From NCBI GenBank assembly GCA_964016885.1, contig OZ024743.1, forward strand, positions 284,518,001 through 284,582,000: a stretch of 64,000 nucleotides of DNA, given 5' to 3'. The first letter of the stretch is position 1. Every line of letters begins with the position of its first letter. This document shows, one piece after another, positions 13,307 to 24,658 of this stretch. The position numbers were made by a program, and so were the translations under genes. The notes below the pieces were generated by a model, which saw nothing but the letters and a program-made list of their open reading frames with translations, did no database searches and had not been told where the DNA came from. Source of the DNA: Eledone cirrhosa (Eukaryota).

Positions 13307-14208
13307 CTAACAGTGGTACCCGGCGTTGCACGGGATAAGGTATTTTGGAACGCGGGCCGCCAATAGACCTAATCGTGGAAAAACTGCATGCCTGGACAAT
13401 ATGTAAAGAAAATAAACCGAATATTCTGATGGCTGGATAATCTTTAAGATTTTCCTAGACGAGGCAGAAAAAATGCAAGTTTTCACCTAATGGGGGATCA
13501 AGAATATGAATTTTTTTATGTGCATAATATGCCTTGAAATTTCGGGAAAATCGGCTAGACGTAACGCCTTCAAAAAGCCCTAAGAAGCTGAAAAAATGAA
13601 GTTTTTCACCTAATGCGGGCCCTAGTCAATAAGAAAGTTTGATTTTCTTTGCTTACGATATGAAGAAGAGACTGACTAATACATAGTTACAATTTCAAGG
13701 AAATCGGTCTGATGTAACGCCTCAAAAAAACGCTAAAAATGTTTTAAAAAACGCAGTTTTTCACCTAGGAGATAAAAAAAAAAAAGTACTCCCTGAAACA
13801 TAAGTAATACACATGTAAAGTTTGAAAAGAATCGGTTGGGTACTTCTCGAGTTTTAGGGATTCAAACACACAGACACACTCACACACACAGACAGACATC
13901 CTCAGAGAAGTGACGTAATGCAGACAGGCAGACAGTCAGACATACAGACAGATATTATAAGGGCGCGACGTTATAAGTATGTATCTATCTAAAAAATGAA
14001 AGACTAAGAATTATAGAGCGAGATCGCTAAATCGCCTAATGTGATCCCTAGGGCATTGAAAATTTTAACATTTCTTTTGCTCAGAACACTCCCTGAAACA
14101 AGTATTACATGCGTAAAGTTTGAAAACAGTCGGTTGGGTGGTTCTTAAGTTTAAGGGATTCGAACTCACACACACACAGACAGACATCCTCAGTTTTATA
14201 TATATAGA
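13307..14208 (-). mobile_element. Non-autonomous Helitron-like element
   Basis: The minus strand begins TCTATATATATAAAACTGAGGATGTCTGTCTG and ends in hairpin CCCGTGCAACGCCGGG plus 12 nt ending TTAG. It has internal ~125-bp repeats and a duplicated 5'-terminal block (13789-13905 and 14088-14193). Confidence 0.65.
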
Positions 14209-14741
14209 CTAGCAGAAAACCACCCGGTGGGCGGTTTTCTGCTAGCAAATCTAGTGTATATACTGATATTGTTGAGATTTGGATGAGAAATGTTTTCGGC
14301 ACCACATGTTCACCGTCTCTCGGTGTGTCTTTTATGCATGTATAAATATATATGTTATCTATACGGTGAAATCTTTGAAATAAATATATGTTAAAACGAA
14401 AAAGGAGAAAAAGAGATTAGTGACGGAAATATAAACGTTATGATATAACGATGGAAATATATCTTCAAATGGTCCTTGGCATGGTGTCAAGTCAGAACCG
14501 CCTCGAACTGGTTACTTCTGGCTTGTGCAAGGTGTCTCTATAGCAACCAGCGATTCCCTCGGCCTCAGTGACCAAAGTCAGTGGAGAGGGGAAGGTAATG
14601 TTTCTATAGCGACAGTGTTTCTCTTGGTAGTACCAAAGTGGAGAAAGGAAGGGGAAGGTAATATTTCTGTAGCACCTACATTTGAGTTTTAGGGAAGGAC
14701 TGACAGACAGACAGACAAACAGAGAAATGCCCATATATTTC

Positions 14742-14794
<53 letters not shown>

Positions 14795-15117
14795 CACACA
14801 CAGAAATGTATATATATTTCTGTGTGTGTATATATATATATATATATTACACACACAGAAATGTATATATATTTCTGTGTGTATATATATATATATTTCT
14901 GTGTGTATATATATATATATTACACATAGAAATGTATATATATTTCTGTGTGTGTATATATATATATATATTACACACACAGAAATGAATATATATTTCT
15001 TAGAACAAAATTATTATTAATGTTTTGCTGTTCATAACAATTGGAATTGAAAAATTACTTTTGAAATTATTAGTTATTTTACTAATGCTTAGATATGTAA
15101 AAATGAAGCAATGTTTC

Positions 15118-15309
15118 TAATAATTGTTTCTACTTTTGGCACAAGGCCAGCAATTACCCAGTACATTACTGGTACTTTATTTTATCGACCCCGTGAGGAT
15201 GAAAGGCAAAGTTAACCTTGGCGGTATTTGAACTCAGACCGTAAAGGGACTAACTCCATGCTATGAAGCATGGTGTCCGACTCTCTACAGATTCTGCCAA
15301 TCCACCGCC
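15118..15309 (-). mobile_element. tRNA-derived SINE
   Basis: Same family as 8797-8986; complete copy. Confidence 0.8.
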
Positions 15310-15643
15310 CTAATGTCTGTACGTAATGAGGGAGTGAGAGGGGAGAGAAAGAAAGGCAGAGGTGAAGTGACGAAGTGACTCTCTCCTCCTTCTCCATCTC
15401 CCCATTCGTCACAGCGATAGAGGGGAGGAATGTTAGTGTGTTACAAAGAGAAAGAGTGAGAGTGAGAGAAACAGACAGATTAAAAGAGAGGGATAGCTGG
15501 GGAGAGAGAGAGATAGCAACAGATACAGTACAGTAGCTAAGGGATGTATATATATTTCTGTGTGTATATATATATATACATTTCTGTGTGTGTAATATAT
15601 ATATATATATATATATACACACAAGGAAATATATATATATTTC

Positions 15644-15678
<35 letters not shown>

Positions 15679-15782
15679 TACACACACAGAAATGTATATA
15701 TATTTCTGTGTGTGTATATATATATATATATATTACACACACAGAAATGTATATATATTTCTGTGTGTGTATATATATATAT

Positions 15783-16346
15783 ATGACAGCTGTATAAAAA
15801 ATTGCAGGGCAATAAAGATAGATGGTAGCCACGGAGTAGGCAGACCCAGAAAAACATGGGACGACCTGATAAATTCCGACCTCACACACACCTCTCCAAG
15901 ACAATGTCACTGGACCGAGATCTTTGGCGGTACTCAGTAATAGAGAAGACCCGCCTTACCTAAATACAAAGTAAAACCTACTACAGTCAGTAGGCATCTC
16001 TAACAAAATACACCCCCGTCCCACCACCCCCACCCCATCCACGCCGCCCCTTTCAATGTAAAGTTATGTTGGTGCCACAACATCCAGGCCAAAACAAATG
16101 AGATCGTGTAGGTGTCACGAGAAAAAAAACACACAGTCCACGCTGTAATGTGGCCGTGTAGGCAACACGGTAAAAACCTCTCAGTCCCACACTGTAAATG
16201 TGGTTGGTGTTAGGAAGGGCATCCAGCTGTAGAAAACCCGCCAGACAGTCCTATGCGAGCAAGACAACCACTCTTGCCTCAAGTGGGAAAACTCCCGTCC
16301 AAACCCATGCAAGCGTGGAACATGGACGTTAAACGATGATGATGAT
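15783..16346 (+). mobile_element. 5'-truncated RTE (family A-like) 3' fragment
   Basis: Encodes [26 protein letters not shown], followed by the family A 3' UTR and (GAT)n. Both junctions lie in (TA)n spacers of the local minisatellite. Confidence 0.88.
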
Positions 16347-17259
16347 ATATATTACACACACAGAAATGTATATATATTTCTGTGTGTGTATATATATATA
16401 TATTACACACACAGAAATGTATATATGTTTCTGTAGCACTCCTCAATTCCCCCCCCCCCATCCCCCTCTTGTAGTCTGTCTCTTTCTTTCACTCTCACTC
16501 TCTCTATGCGTCGCGTGCGCAAAAAACATTCGCACGCGCGCACGTGTTTCCAGTGTCGGACAGACAGACAGAGAAATTGCTGGTTATATATTATAAGGAG
16601 ACTAGCAGAAAACCACCCAGCGGTATATATACACACAGAAATGTATATATATTTCTGTGTGTTTATATATATATATTACACACACAGAAATGTATATATA
16701 TTTCTGTGTGTATATATATATATATATTACACACACAGAAATGTATATATATTTCTGTGTGTATATATATATATTTATGTGTGTGTATATATATATTACA
16801 CACACACAGAAATGTATATATGTTTCTGTAGCACTCCTCAATTCCCCCCTCTCTCCCTCCCGCTATCCCCCTCTTGTAGTCTGTCTCTTTCTTTCACTCT
16901 CACTCTCTGTCTACGCGTGCGCAAAAAACATTCGCACGCACGCACGTGTTTTAGCGTCTATTCACTCTCTCTCTCTCCCTATCCCCCTCTCGTAGTATTC
17001 TCTTTCTTTCACTCTCACTCTCTCTCTACGCGTGCGCAAAAAACATTCGCACGCGCGCACGTGTTTCCACTGTCGGACAGACAGACAGAGAAATTGCTGG
17101 TTATATATATAAGTAGACTAGCAGAATGGCTCGTTGCTCGGGATTTGCTCTAGGATTCTTATATATTTGATATATATTTATGCTTATCGACCCTCGTGAA
17201 ATAAATACGTTTGTTTATATTTTGTTATTGTGTATGCAAAAATATCTGTACACGAATAT

Positions 17260-17315
<56 letters not shown>

Positions 17316-18290
17316 GTTTACATATATATAAAGTCATAGATATTTATGTGTTTTGCAACGGGTCACGTTGTGGCTCAATGAAGAATTAATAAATTAAATA
17401 ATCAGAGCTATATATCATAAAACATGTCTTTAGAATCATTACATAAAATATATACCTTTTCCTCTCCCAATTAGCATAATTAACCATATAAAAAATCAAT
17501 TAGACTATATTGGGCTGCGCTTTCTAGCAATAAGCCTACCCGCCGTAAGCAACTAATCACATCCTTTCTAACTTGACCGCTGCCACGTCACGATTCTTAG
17601 CCATTTTTTAATGTATTTTTGGCGCGATCACTTTGGAAAATTAATTGTCTAATTTTGAGCTCACTCCTGATGAATCCGAAGCTCTGGACATTCCCTGTTA
17701 AAACATTTAAATTATTTTGTAGTTGTTTAAGGCATATTGGACTGGCAGAATCATTGGAGCATTGCATAAAAAGCTTTGCAGTATTTATTCTGCCACCTTA
17801 CATCCTGAGTTTAAATACCACAGAGAATTATGTTATGGATATGTGTCTGTAGACTGCTTAATCATTTGCTATTCCATTGACCAAACAACTGGAACACTCA
17901 TCATTGAAACCGTTGGAGGTCCATTCCACTTCCAATTCAAAATTATAATTTTGAAACACGTTCAATATTTAAATATAATCATCATTTTTAAAAATCTCCC
18001 AAGTTATTTTTTTACTTTCATTCTGGAAAGGTCAATAAACATTTCTAACAGTCACAAGGCCAGACAATAATAGGTATTTGTAATCTGTTGGATTGAAAGT
18101 CTCAGATAGTAATTGGCAAGCATTTTAATATTTGATCTTAGAAAATTATTCGATGGTGTCATTGATTGAAAAGTCATGTTTAAATGCATTGCAGTCATAA
18201 ATTATTATCCAATATCTCCTTTGTTTCTAAAGACAGTAGGGTGCGATTTGAGGAAATCTTATTTTTAGAAGATCACACAACCACATACAG

Positions 18291-18716
18291 GGTAGCAAGG
18301 TTGTGACTTTGATGGGGCATTGTGTCCTTGGGCAAGACACTTTATTTCAGGTTGCTTATCTGGCAAAAATCAGTTGTACTTGTAATTCAATGAGCCAGGC
18401 TTGTCACACCTTGTGTCAGGCTAAAGATTCCTAAGGAATCTAAAGGGTACTTGTGTTTGAGGAATACTCAGCCACATGGGAGTTAATTTCACAAGTCAGC
18501 TATTCCTTCCATTCATCGAATCAACTAGAACACTGACAGACATCAAACACTCACACACACATACACACAATGGAGTTCTGTAGTTTCTATCTATCAAATT
18601 CTACTCACTATTTATTGGTCAACCCGAAGCTATGGTAGACAACACTTGCCGAAGGTTCCACATAGTGAGATTGAACCTGGAACCAAGTGGTTGTGAAGCG
18701 AACATCATAACCACAC
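18291..18716. mobile_element. Two decayed CORE-like tRNA-derived SINEs (plus strand ~18291-18535, minus strand ~18571-18716)
   Basis: A TGTGTCCTTGGGCAAGACACTT CORE-like motif, and on the minus strand a GGTTCAATCTC B box followed by ACCTTCGGCAAGTG. A related fragment lies at ~35082-35170 (GAGTTCGATTCC...TGTCCTTGAGCAAGACACTT). Confidence 0.5.
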
Positions 18717-19967
18717 ATCCTTAATCAAGGAAACAAAAGGTATATGACAATAAGCTTATCCATTTGAGAAGGTATACATATATTTATATCTAAGTATTCT
18801 AGCCACACCCATCCCATATTTATATTTCAGTCATAAAGTATCTAAGACTATATTATCTAATGTTTTAAGATGGTAGGGTGAATTTAGTTGCTATTTCTAG
18901 CAGGTCAAGCAATGATTGCTGTAGTGATATGATGATATGTTGGGTGATAATGGTGACGGTGGGAGGATGTTAAGTTCTAAATAAATTGAACCCATTGGCT
19001 GGTTTTGGTTGCCAGGTTGAATAAACTCCACAAAGGCCACAGGAATTGGTGTTATCAAATTATCCCAATTCTCTTCCAGTATAGCTATAAAAATCTATTG
19101 TTCAGGGGATTACGATGATAATTAAGGTGATGATGATATGAGAAATTGTTCGGTTGCTACAACTGTGGTTTATTTGTAATTAATGAGTAAAAAAAAAAAA
19201 ATAACTTTTAATCTTTTCCATTAGATTCAAATGATTAATTTTTTTTTCTTACTTGCTTTTTAATATTTATATATTACTTCATTTCTGCATTGAAATGTAC
19301 CAATGTCAGTTACAATGGACATTGAAGTGAAAAAAACCCCCCAGAAAGATAAACACGACAAAAGACTGCATTGTTTGATGGGGAAAGTGAATATAAAGAA
19401 TTGAACAGGATATATAATAAATGACGGAAGTGATTAGAATCATTAAAGTATCAAAGACTCCTAAACTACTTCAGACTGTTTTGTTATTGTATAACCATAA
19501 AGCAGTCTGCATGAATTATTGTAAAATACCATCAAATAAAGATAGGAAAGGATTTTTTCAATGTAAAAAATCAAAATACCTAAGGATGATTTCAAGCATG
19601 TATATGCAAGAGGGTGTGTTTGTATGGGCATATGTGTACACACATACACATATATATACATACATATATAAACACATATATATATACATACATATACATA
19701 TATATCTATATATATATATACATACATACATACATATATAAACACATATATATACATACATACATACATATACATATATATATATATACATACATACATA
19801 TACATATATATATATATACATACATACACATATATATATACACAATCATACATATATACAATCATACATATATACATACACATATATATATACACACATA
19901 TATATATATATACAATCATACATATATATACAATCATACATATATACATACATATATATATATATAT

Positions 19968-20124
19968 AACCGATGCTAGCGTGGAAAATAGACGTTAAAC
20001 GATGATGATGATAATGATATATATATATATCATCATCATCATCGTTTAACGTCTATCTTCCACGCTAGCATCGGTTTAGACGGGAATTGTCCCACTTGAG
20101 GCAAGATTGGTCGTCTCGCTCGTA
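19968..20124. mobile_element. Tail-to-tail pair of RTE 3' ends around a short (TA)n
   Basis: AACCGATGCTAGCGTGGAAAATAGACGTTAAACGATGAT..., then (TA)n, then ...ATCATCGTTTAACGTCTATCTTCCACGCTAGCATCGGTT. The ~45-bp arms have one mismatch. Confidence 0.85.
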
Positions 20125-20810
20125 TACATATATTATATATATATGACAATAAGTTTAGCCATTTGAGAAGGTATACATATACCTATATCTAAATATGCAC
20201 ATAACTATTTGCAAGTTTCTATGTTTGTTTGTATGTCATAGATCTGCTCTGTTACAATCATAATATACAGCCTTTTTAATGCCACATTTATTAACTGTAT
20301 GTTGTTATACATATTTATTACCTTTAAATATAGAGAGTGGCATGATAATACATTCAGTTTATTCTGTAAAGTTGGTGTTAAGATGGACATCTAGCTGTAG
20401 AAACCAAGCCAAAAATGATACATATTAATGTTATATATATGTGTGTGTGAGTAATTGCTTTGCTTTCCAAAACTTTTGTTCGAAGACATGCAGAACATTG
20501 TACCAGTTGTCACAGTCTATCACTGCAGTAATTTAGTTAGTTTCATGAAATTACAAATGATTGAAACATATATCAAATATACTTATGTATAAGTTGCACC
20601 TTTTCCCATGAAAATATAATGCAAAATGATCAGCATATAACTTATCTATGAAACCTACAAAACTCCAATTCAAAGTATATGGTGTTTGCAAATGATGTAA
20701 AATAGTGGTGCAGCTTAGATACAAATATATACAATAAGTCTAATATTAGTATTACTTTATATTTAAAAATGTTCAAATTCACAGCTGCTGGAGTCTTCTA
20801 CAATGGCTAT

Positions 20811-20920
20811 AGTTACGTCCCTTTACGGACTGAGTTCAAATCCCGCCGTGGTTAACTTTGCCTTTCATCCTTTCGGGGTCGATAAAATAAAGTACCAGGG
20901 GTCGATAAAATAAAGTACCA
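20811..20920 (+). mobile_element. 5' half of a SINE split by RTE family B (3' half at 24659-24710)
   Basis: B box and central domain up to GTACCA. The sequence resumes as AATGTACTGGGTAATTGC...GTAGAAACAATTATT after the LINE tail. Confidence 0.85.
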
Positions 20921-23900
20921 ATTTTTCATGACGTTATTATTGTTAATTTTACTGATGTAGTATTAACTTGGATATTTACCATGCGACCCTCAGTTCCTAC
21001 CTCACAATTTCCCTCCCCCCCCACCCCCACACACCACCATAGTCTATTCGACCAATCAAACCTAGCATGCCATTTGCACTGCTGCTGCTGCTACTACCTG
21101 CCTAACTAACTCTCTCCTCCTCTGGCGCATCCCAACACACCCTGCCATTACCCCACCACCACTGTCCTTCTAGCCCTCAATTTTCCCACCGTTATGGATG
21201 GATGAGCTGGGAATACACGAGCAACTCTGAATCAATAGATGAAATATGAATCTGCGAGCTACCAAGCACCCACGTGAAGCGCCAACCCAGAGACCCTCCC
21301 CTACGAGTGTCGACAAATGCCCAAAACTCCGAGTTGGTACCATCAATGTAGGCTCAATGAAAGGAAGAGCAGGAGAAATCGTAGAAATGCTAGAGCGAAA
21401 GGAAGTTGATGTATGCTGTGTGCAAGAGACTAGATGGAGAGGAGGGTCTGCTAGAGTCCTTGTAGGAAAAAGCCAGTGCTACAAATTTTTCTGGGTGGGA
21501 AATGACGATGGGATGGGTGGTGTAGGTATACTATTAGCTGACAAGTGGGTAGATAAAGTAATCTCAGTGTACAGGGTAAATGCAAGAATCATTAAACTCA
21601 GACTAGTCCTGAATAAGACAATTACCACAATAATATCAGCTTACGCACCCCAATCGGGGCTGCCAGACGAACTTAAGGATAGGTTTTACGAGTCCCTAAT
21701 ACACACTACTGCTCTAACAGACGACAAGGACTTCCTAATCATTGCAGGAGATTTTAACGGACACGTAGGTAAACACTGCGACGGCTTCAATAGAGTACAT
21801 GGAGGCCATGGAGTTGGCACAAGGAATGAGGAAGGATTCAGACTTCTAGAATTCTGCGACGCCAATGACATGTCGATATGTAACACAAACTTTAAAAAAC
21901 CCGACAACCACCTGATCACCTATAGATCAGGGGAGCACTCTAGTCAGTTAGATTTTATCCTCATCAGAGGACGTGACAGATGGACGGTCGTAAACACAAA
22001 AGCCTTCCCTAGTGAGGAATGTACATCCCAACATAGCTTAGTTGTCAGCGACCTCACGGTCAGAACTAGACGAGCCCTGAAACAGAGGCCAACCTGGAGA
22101 AGAAAGATCTGGAAGCTGAAAGTCCCCTCAACCAGTAACAGATTTAAAGATATTTTACTCAACGCCTACGACAGTAAAGAAGAACAGATAGAGACATTTA
22201 ACGTAGAAGAGAACTGGGAGTTCCTAAAAAATAACTTACTAGAGGCGACGGATGAGGTTTGTGGCTGGAGTAAGACCTCAAGCAGGAGGAGAGTGACTTG
22301 GTGGTGGAACAATAAGGTAGATGAAGCAGTCAAGGCCAAGAGACAGGCATGGAAAGAATGGAAGAACGGGGGGAGCAGGGTACATTACATAGAGACCAAG
22401 AGGGAAGCTAGGCGACAAGTATACTTAGCTAGGAGGGAAGCAGAGGATAGAAAATTCAAGCATGTTTTACAACGTGAGGACCAGAAACAGGAGGTATTCA
22501 AGATTGCGAGGCAGTGTGTCAGAGATAGTTGTGATGTCATTGGAGAGAAGTGTATCCGGAATGATAAAGGTGAGCTTGCCCTCACAAGTGCTGAGAAGAA
22601 AGATGCATGGAAGAGTCATTATGATAGATTACTAAATGAGGAGAATGCATGGGAAGAAGAGACCCTACCCCACGTAGACCCTATAGAGGGACCAGCAGTA
22701 CAAGTCAGCGGCAGCGTAGTAAGTAAGGCAATCAGAGATATGAAGATAGGGAAGGCAACCGGTCCATCGGGTATAGCTGCCGAGATGCTGAAGGCATCTG
22801 GGTCTGTAGGTCACACTATAACCACACGTATCGTTAACCAGGTAATACTAGAGGGGGCCATACCAAAAGATTGGTGCAGTAGCATCATTGTCAACTGCTA
22901 CAAAGGTAAAGGCGATGCACTAGATAGAGGAAACTATAGAGGTATAAAGTTGATGGACCAGGTCATGAAAGTAACAGAAAGAGTTATAGCACAGCTGATT
23001 AGGGACCGGGTGAATATAGACGAGATGCAATTTGGGTTTGTTCCAGGGAAAGGCACCACTGATGCGCTCTTCCTTGTGAGGCAATTACAGGAAAAGTACC
23101 TAGCTAAAAGTAAGCCACTCTACTTGGCATTTGTCGACCTTGAGAAAGCCTTTGACAGAGTTCCACGTGCAGTAATCTGGTGGGCTCTTAGAAAACTAGG
23201 AGTAGATGAATGGCTTGTGAAAGCGGTACAAGCCATGTATAGGGGAGCAGTCAGCAAAGTTAGGATTGGCAATGAGTATAGCGAGGAATTTAGCGTACAG
23301 GTTGGGGTCCACCAGGGCTCTGTTCTTAGCCCTCTCCTGTTCATCATAGTCCTGCAGGCAATAACGGAGGAGTTTAAGACCGGATGCCCATGGGAACTCC
23401 TGTATGCTGATGACCTCGCACTCATAGCTGAATCTATGGTAGAACTAGAGAATAAATTCCAAACCTGGAAGCAGGGACTAGAGAGAAAGGGCCTCAAAGT
23501 CAACATGACAAAGACTAAGGTCCTTATAAGTAGACGAGAAAACAGAACCCAGATCCCCTCAGGGAAATGGCCTTGCTCAGTATGTAGGAAAGGTGTAGGT
23601 AGGAACTCCATTCTTTGCCCCAAATGCAAACAATGGGTACACAAGAGATGTAGCGGGATCTCAGGAAGCTTAATTAAGAATGTAGGATTCACATGCAGCA
23701 GCTGTGCTGAAACAGCAAGCAAACAGCCACAGGAAACAAGTACCACCAATCTCTGGGAGGGCCCTGTAGAAACAGTAGACAGCTTCTGCTACCTAGGTGA
23801 CCGAATTAGCAACGGAGGTGGGTGCTCAGAAAGTACAATAACTAGGGTAAGAACGGGATGGAAGAAGTTTAGGGAACTACTACCACTGCTAGCTGCAAAA

Positions 23901-24658
23901 GGCTTCTCCCTCAGAATGAAAGGCAGACTGTATGATGCGTGTATCCGAACAGCGATGTTGCATGGTAGTGAGACCTGGGCGCTGAAGGTGGAAGACTTAC
24001 GTAGATTAGAGAGAAACGAAGCCTGCATGCTCCGATGGATGTGTAACAGTAATATACGTGAACGACAAAGCATAAATGAATTGAGAGAGAGACTGAGCAT
24101 AAGAGGAATCAAATGCTGCGTGCAGGAGAGGCGGTTACGCTGGTATGGACATGTGATGCGTATGAAGGATGACAGCTGCATAAAAAGGTGCAGAGCACTA
24201 GAAGTTGATGGAAACCGCGGAGTGGGGAGACCCAAGATGACTTGGGATGAGGTGATAAAAGCCGACCTTACCCAACTACACCTCTCAAAGTCAATGACAC
24301 ACGACCGTGACTTCTGGCGTCACGCAGTAATACAGGGTACCCGACCTCCCATGGGTACATGCTGAAGCATATAAACAATATGCCCCCCCCCCCCCCACCG
24401 CAAGGTGGTCGTGGAGGTGCCACGGCAAAAAAGCACCCAGCCCACACTGTAAAGTGGACGTGTAGGCGCCACGAAAAAGCACCCAGCACTCACTGTAAAT
24501 GAGGTTGGTGTTAGGAAGGGCATCCAGCTGTAGAAATCAAGCCAGATCAGTTCCTGTATGAGCAAGGCATGGTCAGCCGACCAGACACTGCCCACAACAG
24601 GACAACCCGTCTAACCCATGCTAGCGTGGAAGAACGGACGTAAAACGGTGATGATGAT
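20921..24658 (+). mobile_element. Full-length RTE-clade non-LTR retrotransposon (family B) with intact ORF, inserted inside a SINE
   Basis: It has a ~325-bp 5' UTR, a single 1039-aa ORF and a ~290-bp 3' UTR ending in (GAT)n. The two flanks are the two halves of one tRNA-derived SINE, which fixes the boundaries. Confidence 0.93.
21246..24365 (+). CDS. RTE ORF: apurinic-like endonuclease + reverse transcriptase + PHD-type zinc finger
   Basis: APE motifs GTINV, QETRW, SAYAP, GDFNGH, LDFIL and SQH. RT motifs YRGIKL, QFGF, FVDLEKAFD, GVHQGSVLSP, YADD (23403-23414) and YLG. The C4HC3 finger spans 23574-23705. The C-terminus has RTE-typical [10 protein letters not shown]...GRPKMTW. There are no stops or frameshifts. 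Confidence 0.93.
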   Translation: MNLRATKHPREAPTQRPSPTSVDKCPKLRVGTINVGSMKGRAGEIVEMLERKEVDVCCVQETRWRGGSARVLVGKSQCYKFFWVGNDDGMGGVGILLADKWVDKVISVYRVNARIIKLRLVLNKTITTIISAYAPQSGLPDELKDRFYESLIHTTALTDDKDFLIIAGDFNGHVGKHCDGFNRVHGGHGVGTRNEEGFRLLEFCDANDMSICNTNFKKPDNHLITYRSGEHSSQLDFILIRGRDRWTVVNTKAFPSEECTSQHSLVVSDLTVRTRRALKQRPTWRRKIWKLKVPSTSNRFKDILLNAYDSKEEQIETFNVEENWEFLKNNLLEATDEVCGWSKTSSRRRVTWWWNNKVDEAVKAKRQAWKEWKNGGSRVHYIETKREARRQVYLARREAEDRKFKHVLQREDQKQEVFKIARQCVRDSCDVIGEKCIRNDKGELALTSAEKKDAWKSHYDRLLNEENAWEEETLPHVDPIEGPAVQVSGSVVSKAIRDMKIGKATGPSGIAAEMLKASGSVGHTITTRIVNQVILEGAIPKDWCSSIIVNCYKGKGDALDRGNYRGIKLMDQVMKVTERVIAQLIRDRVNIDEMQFGFVPGKGTTDALFLVRQLQEKYLAKSKPLYLAFVDLEKAFDRVPRAVIWWALRKLGVDEWLVKAVQAMYRGAVSKVRIGNEYSEEFSVQVGVHQGSVLSPLLFIIVLQAITEEFKTGCPWELLYADDLALIAESMVELENKFQTWKQGLERKGLKVNMTKTKVLISRRENRTQIPSGKWPCSVCRKGVGRNSILCPKCKQWVHKRCSGISGSLIKNVGFTCSSCAETASKQPQETSTTNLWEGPVETVDSFCYLGDRISNGGGCSESTITRVRTGWKKFRELLPLLAAKGFSLRMKGRLYDACIRTAMLHGSETWALKVEDLRRLERNEACMLRWMCNSNIRERQSINELRERLSIRGIKCCVQERRLRWYGHVMRMKDDSCIKRCRALEVDGNRGVGRPKMTWDEVIKADLTQLHLSKSMTHDRDFWRHAVIQGTRPPMGTC

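Larger units (their letters stand above)
14733..16830. repeat. Palindromic ~50-bp minisatellite in four blocks (14733-15000, 15545-15782, 16347-16432, 16625-16830)
   Basis: The unit is TTACACACACAGAAATGTATATATATTTCTGTGTGTGTA(TA)n, and each unit is an inverted repeat. Confidence 0.85.
14209..17640 (-). mobile_element. Head-to-tail array of further Helitron-like units (junctions at 14208/14209, 16601/16602, 17117/17118)
   Basis: Three plus-strand junctions read (CAGA)n...TATA...GA|CTAGCAGAA. On the minus strand this is the CTAG 3' end of one unit fused to the TC 5' end of the next. A SINE and an RTE fragment are nested inside. The right boundary is uncertain. Confidence 0.55.

Noticed and set aside
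14733-16830. Palindromic repeats with spacers resembling a CRISPR array
   Set aside because: The spacers are only (TA)n rather than unique sequence, there are no cas genes, and the context is a eukaryotic intron.
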